Shown here: positions 27,804 through 35,797 of the stretch, one piece after another
How the letters are laid out: every line of letters begins with the position of its first letter
How positions within the stretch are numbered: the first letter of the stretch is position 1
NCBI GenBank assembly: GCA_964389375.1
Contig: CAYMDP010000005.1
Location: forward strand, 765-64,764
Origin: an uncultured Pseudobdellovibrionaceae bacterium
GTDB taxonomy: Bacteria > Bdellovibrionota > Bdellovibrionia > Bdellovibrionales > UBA1609
Reading direction: 5' to 3'
DNA length: 64,000 bases
The notes under the pieces: model-generated
Databases searched by the model: none
The model's input: the letters and a program-made list of their open reading frames with translations, nothing else
Told to the model about the DNA's origin: nothing
Program-made: the position numbers and the translations under genes

Positions 27804-27948
27804 CTTTTTAAAGAAATTTATTCGATCCGAGAAGTGCTCCGCCTCAGCCGTCGAACATTCTCGCTTCTCCTTCGGCTTTGCCGAAGGAGAAGCTGCGAAA
27901 CTAGTCTTCGGCGGACACTTCTCGGATCGAATAAATTTATTTAAAAAG
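27804..27948. repeat. Palindromic intergenic element, copy B (forward)
   Basis: Arms ctttttaaaGaaatttattcgatccgagaagtg and its complement, with one mismatch. Core is aagtgctccgcctcagccgtcgaacattctcg, a 12-bp apical hairpin, then ctgcgaaactagtcttcggcggacactt. Confidence 0.9.
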
Positions 27949-28091
27949 ATACATGGGCAGACAAATTTTTTTGATTCAAAGAAGCGGCGCTTCTTCGTAG
28001 CGAAGAAACGTCGCGGCAAGATATTTTCTGTTTGAGAGTCGTCAGTCTCGAAACTCTGGATCCACTAAGGACCTATGTTAGACTTTACGGG

Positions 28092-28565
28092 ATGAAGATA
28101 TTATTTGTTTGCCTTGGAAATATTTGTCGAAGTCCTGCCGCTGAGGGGGTTTTTCTTTCGCTTCTAGAAAAAGAAGGTGTGTCTAAAAACTTTGTTGTCG
28201 ATTCGGCTGGAACTTCTGCCCATCATGCAGGGGAGCCTGCAGATGCTCGTATGAGAAAGCATGCTTTGAAGCGGGGAATTGAGCTTCGCAGCATCTCTAG
28301 GCAATTCAATCCAGACGAAGATTTTGAGAGATTTGATTTGATCCTTGCGATGGACGAAATTAACGCTCAAGACATGATGGACGAGGCGCCAGACGCACAG
28401 GCTAAAGCCAAAATTAAGACGATGGTGTCTTACTGCAAAAAACATAAAGTTCCTCGGGTCCCAGATCCCTATTACGGGGGGCCAGAGGGGTTCGAAACGG
28501 TTTTGGATATACTAGAAGACGCTTGCTGGGAATTACTCGCCGAAATCAAGAAAAAGTCTTACTGA
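28092..28565 (+). CDS. Low-molecular-weight protein tyrosine phosphatase
   Basis: MKILFVCLGNICRSPAAE (CX5R-S P-loop) and the DPYYG motif near the C-terminus. Confidence 0.85.
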   Translation: MKILFVCLGNICRSPAAEGVFLSLLEKEGVSKNFVVDSAGTSAHHAGEPADARMRKHALKRGIELRSISRQFNPDEDFERFDLILAMDEINAQDMMDEAPDAQAKAKIKTMVSYCKKHKVPRVPDPYYGGPEGFETVLDILEDACWELLAEIKKKSY

Positions 28566-30697
28566 GTTTTTCGAAGTCTCATTTCGAGATCTATCGCTGT
28601 TGCGCGAAGCATTTCGAGGAGTGCACTTTCGTCATTTAGGTTGGTGTAGATCTTATCCAAGCGGCAAGCGTCGTCTGAGCGGCTAACACTTCGGTTTAAA
28701 GAAAAGGCCATTATCTTTTCAGAAAAACAAGCTCTGGTGGTCTCCTGTTGAGAAACGAGCTGACTCAACTCTATGGCGCCGTTTGCTCGAGCCCCTGGGC
28801 CTAAAATCGCACTTAAGTCCACTTGTGAATCGATAGGCACATAGGTTTGTATCGCATTTTGAGTTAGGCTGACGATTGGTTCTTGAGTCATGTGCATTCC
28901 GAAAGCATTGAAATTTGAAAGGCCAAAACCAAGCGGATTAATTTGGTTATGACAAGAGACGCAAGACGCACCCGAAGTCTTAATGTCAACTTTATCTCGC
29001 ATAGAAAGCACATGAGGAACTTCTGTCCCATTGAAAACATCAAGGGCGTTGGCCGGAGCGGATCCCGAGAGATCTAAACACAAAACGTCTTTTCTTAAAT
29101 GAACGGCTCTTAGAATTGGGCTGGTAATTTCACTTCCTGAAACCAGCATCGCTGCGCGTGTTAATATCCCGCCCCGCTCTTGGCTTGCTGGAAAACGCAC
29201 AGCATTGGACTCAGTCAGATTTTGAAAACTCGGGGAAGGTGTGGCTTGAGCGTAGATGCTCATAAGGTTTGAGCCTCTGGCTAAAGAGATATTGGAGGTA
29301 AATAGATCATTAAAGGTTCCACCGGAGGTCAAGGTGAAAGATCCAAACTCTTCCACCTCTTGAATCATCTCGGATCTTAAACTGTCGTTAAAACTAATGC
29401 CCGGAGCAAGTAGACCAAATCTTTCGTTTGGATTGAATCGTGGAGTTCGAGAGAGCTTTAGCCAATCATGCATATACTCTCTCATCGCATCATCGACTTT
29501 AGCTCGCTGAGAAAGAACATAGTTGAGGGTATTTAGATAGGCGGTTTCGGTCGAAAAATCTTCGCTTTGCGCTCTTCTCCAGAGTTCGTTATCGGGCATC
29601 GTATTCCATAAGCGATAGCTTAAGCGACTGACAAAGGCGTGAGGGGATAAGACGTAGGTATTTGCGGCCAGTTGCTGACTGGTCAAAAGATCCTGGTCTT
29701 CGATTTGAAATATAAAGTGGGGCGCCATCAACACTCTAAATACCAAGCGGTTTACCGCCTCTTGAGTGGTTACAGAATTAAATTCTGCAGAGTAAGTGGC
29801 TAGCTCATCTATGACTTCGCCAGTGTTTGTGGTGAGGTTGTGTTGTGGCTCGCGAATGGGGCGCCTGAAGGCTCGGCCGGCGAAGTTGCGGATCAGTTGA
29901 CCTCTGCAGGCTGCGGACAAGCTAGAGACATTAATGCTGCTACATGTGCCCGGATTTAGATTAATAAACTGAGTGACGAAATTATTAAGGTGCTGGCCCG
30001 AGATAGTTGTAGCAATTCTGTCGGCCACTTCGAAATGAGCGGTCGCATGGTCTCCAACAAAAGTGTTATTTTCCCTGCGAAAGCTTTGTCCCGTATCAGC
30101 TGGAAAGTTTGTTGCAGCCATCGCACTATCAACCATGGAAACCGCAGTATTTCTGGCGATGGAAAGGCTTAAAAGATCTTTTAAGGTGTTTGAGTACTGC
30201 CGCACACTTAGGCGTTTGGCGTGATTCGATCGCAACTTTTCGTTGTCGAACTGGTCAATGTCGCAGCGAAATGGAGATTGTCCCGAGGGCATGTCACCAA
30301 TCCAACTGTAAATCGCTTGGTAGTCCGAGTCCGGAATCGGACCCCGGCCTGTGGGCATATTATTCGCGACAGCACCAGCCTCATTGTAATTACTAAGTCG
30401 ATAGATCAGCTTAGACCTTCGGGGCTGGCCCGGAACGATAAGTCCCGCGCTGATAAATTGTTCTGCCGTATCAAATTCAAAGGAGATCGCGCTGCCTCCC
30501 GCTCTGTGGCAGGACATACAGTCCCGAGCAAGAATGGCCTTTGTGCTTTCAAAGAGTCGGTCACTGATGCCGGCCGATGAACTTTCTTGGGTTTGCATCT
30601 TCATCACGTCAAATTTAGAGCAAGCGTTCATTGAGGAAACCAACATTCCCAAGGGAAAAACAATGATTATGAAAAGTTTCACTTTAGAACTCATCAT
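28559..30697 (-). CDS. DUF1592/DUF1588-type protein with two CxxCH haem-binding motifs
   Basis: Signal or lipoprotein N-terminus (SSMNACS), CMSCH near the N-terminus, and CVSCHNQINPLGFGLSNFNAFG near the C-terminus. This matches the Planctomycete-cytochrome-like family architecture. Confidence 0.65.
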   Translation of the reverse strand: MMSSKVKLFIIIVFPLGMLVSSMNACSKFDVMKMQTQESSSAGISDRLFESTKAILARDCMSCHRAGGSAISFEFDTAEQFISAGLIVPGQPRRSKLIYRLSNYNEAGAVANNMPTGRGPIPDSDYQAIYSWIGDMPSGQSPFRCDIDQFDNEKLRSNHAKRLSVRQYSNTLKDLLSLSIARNTAVSMVDSAMAATNFPADTGQSFRRENNTFVGDHATAHFEVADRIATTISGQHLNNFVTQFINLNPGTCSSINVSSLSAACRGQLIRNFAGRAFRRPIREPQHNLTTNTGEVIDELATYSAEFNSVTTQEAVNRLVFRVLMAPHFIFQIEDQDLLTSQQLAANTYVLSPHAFVSRLSYRLWNTMPDNELWRRAQSEDFSTETAYLNTLNYVLSQRAKVDDAMREYMHDWLKLSRTPRFNPNERFGLLAPGISFNDSLRSEMIQEVEEFGSFTLTSGGTFNDLFTSNISLARGSNLMSIYAQATPSPSFQNLTESNAVRFPASQERGGILTRAAMLVSGSEITSPILRAVHLRKDVLCLDLSGSAPANALDVFNGTEVPHVLSMRDKVDIKTSGASCVSCHNQINPLGFGLSNFNAFGMHMTQEPIVSLTQNAIQTYVPIDSQVDLSAILGPGARANGAIELSQLVSQQETTRACFSEKIMAFSLNRSVSRSDDACRLDKIYTNLNDESALLEMLRATAIDLEMRLRKTQ

Positions 30698-32385
30698 GCG
30701 GCATTGGATCCTGGCATGGGGAGAGGGTCTTTATAGTGATGGTAGTTTGTTCGTGCATACTCCTGAGAGTACATCTGCTGATTGGTATAGTACCAAACGC
30801 CACTCGTTGAAGCACCGATATGGCCGTAGCCTCCGACTCGGGCGACTCCATTATTATGTGCGCCCAGCAAACCATCCATTCGGTTCTGAAAGAATAGATT
30901 GATTTCGGGATCCTCATATTCATTTGGGTTTAATCCGAGGGCACGAAGGATGGTGGTTAGCGAGCGATTGTAATGGGCTCCATGGTAGCAGTGTCCAAAT
31001 CGGGGATTAGATGGATCCGGTTCAAAGTTGTCGCCCTGATTGACGTGAGGACCAAGCTCTCTGCGGGAATAGTCAATGAGGTGACCCGTTGTGATCGCCC
31101 CATTCGCACTTCCGATTAGCAAACAGGGCTTATTCATATCTGAATGGACTGTTGAGCATTCTAAAGTCAGGTGGACCAATGAATTATCAAGGGCACTTCG
31201 CCCGTTGGCTTCTATGACTTGATCTAGACCGGAAACAAGAGGAACTAAGAAACCATCGATAAAAAGGCGCCAAATTTCTCCCATATAAGCATGATTTATT
31301 TTGTTTCCGTTTGATGCCACTTGCGCCCAAGGTTGATGGCTGTGGCCTTGGTGAAAATCTTCGGTGTTATGGCGATCAAAATAATGGTCGAGCATGCCCG
31401 TGTGAAAATCAAAGACTCGGTGCAGATCACAAGAGGCCGCAGCTACAAATATTTTTGCAAATAGGTCGTAGGCATAGGCGTGTTGTTCGGGATTGTATTG
31501 ATGGCCAAAAGAGACGCCATCGTTTCGAGTTCTGTTTCCGTCAATGCTAGAGTAACTGCAGCCCGTCGTTGTCTGATTGGACCCAAGGCGACTTTGAATA
31601 TCTGAGAAGCGGTCCAGAGCATTATCCAAAACCTGAGCGTCTTCGCTACTGATATGCCGGCCTCTTCGAATTCTTTGATAGTCTTCAAGGACTCTAGATA
31701 GGGCATCCCGTCTGGGGTGGGCTTGGCTTGAGCCACCCGATTCTGGAATGGGCACGCCCCCTCGGGTAAAGAGTTGGTCAAAAAGCTGGTGGGGTTTCGG
31801 CCATCTTCCGCTGGCACGCTGGACGGTTCCGTTTTGATCTCTAAGAAATGACCAGGCCTCTCCAAGAATCAGTGGGTCATTGGAGTGCGGGGTAAATCTT
31901 CTATTGGCCGCAAGAACTTGATCTATTGTAGGGAGTCTTTTGAGTGCAGTGACGGTCGTGTCGTGTCCATCGGTCGCAGCAATATTTCCAAGCATGTGTC
32001 CCTGACCGTGACCAATCCGGGTATGAAGATTGAGGCCGCGAAAGAGATTCATCTTATTCACAAAAGGGTTCAGCCGATTTCCAAAAATCGGCGAAAGCAT
32101 GGAGTTCGTCTGCGGAAGAAAAGTGTTCAATCTTTGATAGCGATAGCTTAAATCAGTACCGGAGGACCCAACCAGAGGAAGTTCGTTTAAAGTTGGAAAC
32201 CAGTTTTGATGGTGCCCATAGTCGTAGTTTCCGACCATGCTAAAGTATCTCTTAATTACAGCAGGGCTTTGGCCCCAAGCTTCGCGAGGTAACAGAGAGG
32301 GAAGTAGCGGAATGGCTAGTGTAAAACCACCCATTCCCTTTAAAAACATACGACGCGGATAAGTCTGCTTTTTGTATTTACCCAT
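30694..32385 (-). CDS. DUF1552-family protein with a twin-arginine signal
   Basis: YPRRMFLKGMGGFTLAIPLLPSL (Tat-like). There is an ATGA-type 4-nt overlap with the downstream DUF1592-like gene, the usual pairing for these families. Confidence 0.65.
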   Translation of the reverse strand: MGKYKKQTYPRRMFLKGMGGFTLAIPLLPSLLPREAWGQSPAVIKRYFSMVGNYDYGHHQNWFPTLNELPLVGSSGTDLSYRYQRLNTFLPQTNSMLSPIFGNRLNPFVNKMNLFRGLNLHTRIGHGQGHMLGNIAATDGHDTTVTALKRLPTIDQVLAANRRFTPHSNDPLILGEAWSFLRDQNGTVQRASGRWPKPHQLFDQLFTRGGVPIPESGGSSQAHPRRDALSRVLEDYQRIRRGRHISSEDAQVLDNALDRFSDIQSRLGSNQTTTGCSYSSIDGNRTRNDGVSFGHQYNPEQHAYAYDLFAKIFVAAASCDLHRVFDFHTGMLDHYFDRHNTEDFHQGHSHQPWAQVASNGNKINHAYMGEIWRLFIDGFLVPLVSGLDQVIEANGRSALDNSLVHLTLECSTVHSDMNKPCLLIGSANGAITTGHLIDYSRRELGPHVNQGDNFEPDPSNPRFGHCYHGAHYNRSLTTILRALGLNPNEYEDPEINLFFQNRMDGLLGAHNNGVARVGGYGHIGASTSGVWYYTNQQMYSQEYARTNYHHYKDPLPMPGSNAA

Positions 32386-32523
32386 AGGTCTATCTTATCG
32401 TCGCGAATCGGACTTCGCTTTATCAAAAGACACATTGAATCGTTTTGAGACAGCTCTCCCTAAACTAAATTCTATGAGCTAAGAAAGTGAAGAAATTTTA
32501 GACAGTCTGGGTGAATGAAAGCT

Positions 32524-32604
32524 TTAAAAATAAAGGCCGAGACCCATAACAAAAGCAGTCAATGCAGAGCCAGCAAGTGGAAGAATCCATTCGTTTAAAA
32601 ACAT
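32524..32604 (-). CDS. Candidate 26-aa hydrophobic micro-protein
   Basis: Not in the ORF track because it is too short. ATG at 32604 is preceded by GGAGG at a 5-nt spacing. The product is MFLNEWILPLAGSALTAFVMGLGLYF, a single TM helix. Confidence 0.25.
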   Translation of the reverse strand: MFLNEWILPLAGSALTAFVMGLGLYF

Positions 32605-32638
32605 TTTTGCCTCCGTGCAAAATCCTATTTTAAAATTT

Positions 32639-32661
32639 CCCAGCCCCTTAAGAGGGCTGGG
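32639..32661 (-). terminator. Candidate intrinsic terminator after fliC (32685)
   Basis: cccagccc-cttaaga-gggctggg, an 8-bp GC-rich stem. On the minus strand it is followed by aaattttaaaa. Confidence 0.5.
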
Positions 32662-32684
32662 AGTCCAGTTCACTGCTATTAGAT

Positions 32685-33518
32685 TTAGCCTAAAAGTTTT
32701 AAGGCCATTTGTTGCATCGAGTTTGTCTGACCTAAAATCGAAACCGCAGCTTGCTTTAGAATCGTGTTTCGTGTCAGCTCCGCTGTTTCTTCTGCGATAT
32801 CCGCATCACGGATTCGAGAGTTTGCAGCAGATAAGTTCTCGTGTGCAATTGCCAAGTTATTAATTGTCGATGTCAGTCTATTTTGCATGGCTCCGAAGTT
32901 CGCTCGCATCGCGTTTACAGAGATCATCGCATTGTCCACAACATCTAAACTTAACTGGGCTTGCTCTTTCGTCGCTAAAGATTCAGCGACTAGACCAAGT
33001 GACTCAAGAGTTGAGTTGGCCGCCGAAGAGTTAAAAGATATTCGATCTTTAAAGTTGTCGTTTTGAACTCCAACTTGAATATCCATCACTCCGCCGGTTC
33101 CGTTCAGAAGATCTCGACCGTTAAAAGTCGTGACTTCTGCAACCCTCTGAATTTCAGACTTTAGCTGTTGATATTCAACGTCAGTAAACTTTCGTTCAAT
33201 ATCTCCGACCGTGTCTGAAGCCGCTTGGATCGCGAGCTCTCTCAAACGAATCAACATTGCTGAGATTTCGTTCAAACCACCTTCTGCAACTTGAACGAGG
33301 GAAATACCGTCGTTCGCGTTTCGGCTAGCTTGTTTTAAGCCTCGGATCTGTCCTTTCAGGTTTTCGCTGATGGCCAGACCTGCGGCATCATCTGCCGCTT
33401 GGTTGATTCTAAAACCGGAACTCAATCGGGCGAGCGATGTATCCAAAGCTCGATTTGTTGAGAACAGATTTTTTTGGGCGTTGAGAGATGCAACGTTCGT
33501 TGCTATTCTTAATCCCAT
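32685..33518 (-). CDS. fliC: Flagellin
   Basis: MGLRIATNVASLNAQKNL... ends ...LGQTNSMQQMALKLLG. The ATG at 33518 has an AAGGAGGA Shine-Dalgarno. The ORF-track start at 33608 is an upstream extension. Confidence 0.9.
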   Translation of the reverse strand: MGLRIATNVASLNAQKNLFSTNRALDTSLARLSSGFRINQAADDAAGLAISENLKGQIRGLKQASRNANDGISLVQVAEGGLNEISAMLIRLRELAIQAASDTVGDIERKFTDVEYQQLKSEIQRVAEVTTFNGRDLLNGTGGVMDIQVGVQNDNFKDRISFNSSAANSTLESLGLVAESLATKEQAQLSLDVVDNAMISVNAMRANFGAMQNRLTSTINNLAIAHENLSAANSRIRDADIAEETAELTRNTILKQAAVSILGQTNSMQQMALKLLG

Positions 33519-33807
33519 ACTTATCCTCCTTGCATTTTCCGTCCTCCTTGACTGTTGCCATCCATTGGCTACGAGCACATTCTGTGCCGCGGTTATTATT
33601 ATGGACATACGATTTGCTACAACAGCAAAGCCTATGTCAGGCTCTCCTTCTGAAACTCAGAGCGAAGTCACCCAATAACGAATCGGTATTTTTCGAAGAT
33701 TTTTTGAGTCCAGTTTTTTGTTATTTTTGTGGCGTAGATTTTTTGAGAGAAAGAAGAAATTAAAAACTTCCCGTTAAGATTCGGGATTCATGTTTACCTT
33801 TAAGGAA

Positions 33808-33838
33808 TTTGGGCTTCGTCTTTTCAGACGAGCCCAAA
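33808..33838 (-). terminator. Hairpin downstream of fliC (33967)
   Basis: tttgggcttcgtc-ttttca-gacgagcccaaa, a 12-bp stem with one bulge. Confidence 0.4.
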
Positions 33839-33892
33839 AACTTCGCAGGAAACAAGTTATCATTCAGTACCGTCCGAGTTCGCCTCGGGTTC

Positions 33893-33915
33893 AGAAGGAC
33901 AATCCTTGTCCTTCT
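33893..33915 (-). terminator. Hairpin downstream of fliC (33967)
   Basis: agaaggacaa-tcc-ttgtccttct, perfect 10-nt arms, about 52 nt after the stop codon. Confidence 0.35.
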
Positions 33916-33966
33916 GGTGAGCTAAAGTTCTATGAACCAGGCTCGGTTAGTCGGAAGTGATTCCGA

Positions 33967-34812
33967 TTAACCGAAGGTCTTGTTCAAGAGCGAGAGAGCC
34001 GTTTGAGCCGTCTGGTTCGCTTGTGCGAGCACAGAAGTTCCTGCGTTCAACAAGATATTATTCTTGGTGAGCTCAGCGGTCTCTTCAGCAACATCAACAT
34101 CTCGAATACGACTATTTGCAGCCGACATATTTTCAACCGACACCGCTAAGTTGCTGATGGTCGATTGTAAACGGTTTTGGATTGCTCCAAAGTCCGCTCT
34201 CATCGCGGAAACACTTACAATCGATGAATCGATCGCAGAAAGTGCGTTTTGAGCAGAGGCTTTATCAGCCACACTGGTCAAATTCACTCCCAATGCCGCA
34301 GCATTGGCATCTGCTTTTGATGCATCAAAAGAAAGTCTGTCAATATTTGGATCGTTTCGAGTTCCAACTTGGAAATCGAGGATAGATCCGGTTCCGCTAA
34401 GGAGTTGAGTTCCGTTGAACTCAGTTCCGTCGGCAATTCGATCAATCTCAGACACAAGCTGATCATATTCCACGTTTAGGAATTGTCTTTCTACAGGCCC
34501 GATCGTATCTGAAGCGGCTTGTACGGACAATTCTCTAAGGCGGATCAGAATCGAGCTGATCTCGTTTAGCGCTCCTTCTGCCACTTGGACAAGGGAGACC
34601 CCATCCTGAGCATTTCTCGAAGCTTGCTTTAAGCCTCGAATTTGAGCTTTTAAGTTTTCGGATATCGCGAGACCGGCGGCATCGTCGCCCGCGCGATTGA
34701 TACGGAAGCCCGAAGACAACCGTTCTAATGATTTATCCAATCCTAACTTCGTGCCCATCAGATTTCTCTGGGCATTCAACGAAGCCGTATTGGTGTTAAT
34801 TCTCAAACCCAT
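33967..34812 (-). CDS. fliC: Flagellin
   Basis: MGLRINTNTASLNAQRNL... ends ...LAQANQTAQTALSLLNKTFG. The Shine-Dalgarno is AAGGAGGAGGA. Confidence 0.9.
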   Translation of the reverse strand: MGLRINTNTASLNAQRNLMGTKLGLDKSLERLSSGFRINRAGDDAAGLAISENLKAQIRGLKQASRNAQDGVSLVQVAEGALNEISSILIRLRELSVQAASDTIGPVERQFLNVEYDQLVSEIDRIADGTEFNGTQLLSGTGSILDFQVGTRNDPNIDRLSFDASKADANAAALGVNLTSVADKASAQNALSAIDSSIVSVSAMRADFGAIQNRLQSTISNLAVSVENMSAANSRIRDVDVAEETAELTKNNILLNAGTSVLAQANQTAQTALSLLNKTFG

Positions 34813-34838
34813 TTTTCCTCCTCCTTGAAGAACTTGTC

Positions 34839-34859
34839 AGGCATCGATCCGTGATGCCT
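34839..34859 (-). promoter_or_regulatory. 5'-leader hairpin presenting GGA in its loop (CsrA-type site candidate)
   Basis: On the minus strand: aggcatc-acGGAtc-gatgcct. It lies about 27 nt upstream of the GGA-rich Shine-Dalgarno. Confidence 0.35.
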
Positions 34860-34899
34860 CCTGGAACAACTCCAGGGGGTTACTCTTCTGTCATAGCTC

Positions 34900-34926
34900 T
34901 CTTCGGCGTCTCATTCTGAGTCTTAA
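34900..34926 (-). promoter_or_regulatory. Candidate sigma28 (FliA) promoter for fliC (34812)
   Basis: On the minus strand: TAAG, 14 nt, GCCGAAGA. The consensus is TAAA, 15 nt, GCCGATAA. Confidence 0.4.
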
Positions 34927-35011
34927 TGGCAATGTCTCAAAATTAGACTAAAGCCCTTGGTTTTTTTAAAAGAAGTCCCGTTTCAGAGTTTTTGGGACTA
35001 GCATCTTAAGA

Positions 35012-35797
35012 GTGATCAAAGCCGTTCTCTTATTATTAGTCCTCTTTCAATTTCCGGCATGGGCCATTGCTTTGGACATGGCGCCCTCTGCGTGGCGGGA
35101 TCCTGATACAAAGTCGAGTTCGATTCTTGCCCGAGAATTGATTCATGCAGAACGGGGGTCCGCTCTACAGCGTCGTCGTCCTTATAATAGGATGGATTTT
35201 TCTAAACTCCCTCACTGGACTTTCGAGCAGATGATGGAGGCCTTTGTTTTTTTAAGAGACCTGCGATTTGTCCAGACGGAAGAGAGGCCAGATTTTTTAA
35301 GACGACTGTCTTGGTTGTATCCTGATGATGGCTGCAGTACTCGGGCAGGATTTATGTCTCATCTTCTATTTCAACAGAGCGGTCTTTTGCAGCCCATGAG
35401 GATTTTCGTTTTCGGCGATCTTAAAGTCGAAACAGCAAACCACCCACGGGGCCAAGTGACTTGGTGGTACCATACGGCTTTAGTCCTAAGAGTCGATTCT
35501 GAAATCTACGTCTTGGATCCAAGTCTTTCTATTCAAAGGCCCCTAACTTTAGAGGACTGGCTTTATCTTCAAGTGGAAAGTACGGAAGACATTCAGCTGA
35601 GTCTTTGTCTTGCGGGGGCATATTCCCCAAGATCTTTATGTGATTTAGAACAGCTCCAAACCCCAGAGACACTTACAAAACATCAGAGCCTTTATCTAAA
35701 AGCCGAGTGGTCCAGGCAGTTAGAGCTAAAAAGAAACCCAGAACAAGTTCTGGGTGATGATCCGCCATGGCTCCAGTGGAGCAGCAGTTTTTATTGA
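35012..35797 (+). CDS. Secreted protein, possibly of the protein-glutamine glutaminase family
   Basis: Signal peptide. YPDDGCSTRAGFMSHLL and TWWYHTALVL resemble the Cys and His regions of protein-glutaminase-like enzymes. This is motif-level similarity only. Confidence 0.35.
   Translation: MIKAVLLLLVLFQFPAWAIALDMAPSAWRDPDTKSSSILARELIHAERGSALQRRRPYNRMDFSKLPHWTFEQMMEAFVFLRDLRFVQTEERPDFLRRLSWLYPDDGCSTRAGFMSHLLFQQSGLLQPMRIFVFGDLKVETANHPRGQVTWWYHTALVLRVDSEIYVLDPSLSIQRPLTLEDWLYLQVESTEDIQLSLCLAGAYSPRSLCDLEQLQTPETLTKHQSLYLKAEWSRQLELKRNPEQVLGDDPPWLQWSSSFY

Noticed and set aside
27786-28019. ORF-track entries that run through the palindromic elements: 27786-28019 (-), 41269-41454 (+), 41319-41624 (+) and 57845-58045 (+). 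They share peptide fragments such as SA(L/S)AVEHSR.
   Set aside because: The shared peptide is simply the translated repeat core (gcctcagccgtcgaacattctcg). The ORFs have no Shine-Dalgarno. They read different frames and strands in different copies, and they end at arbitrary points outside the repeat. They are not coding.
33488-33763. 91-aa plus-strand ORF in the spacer between the two flagellin genes, together with the 30-codon N-terminal extension of fliC in the ORF track (33519-33608).
   Set aside because: The flagellin N-terminus MGLRI... with a perfect Shine-Dalgarno defines the start at 33518. The plus-strand ORF has no Shine-Dalgarno and a Leu/Ser-rich off-frame composition.
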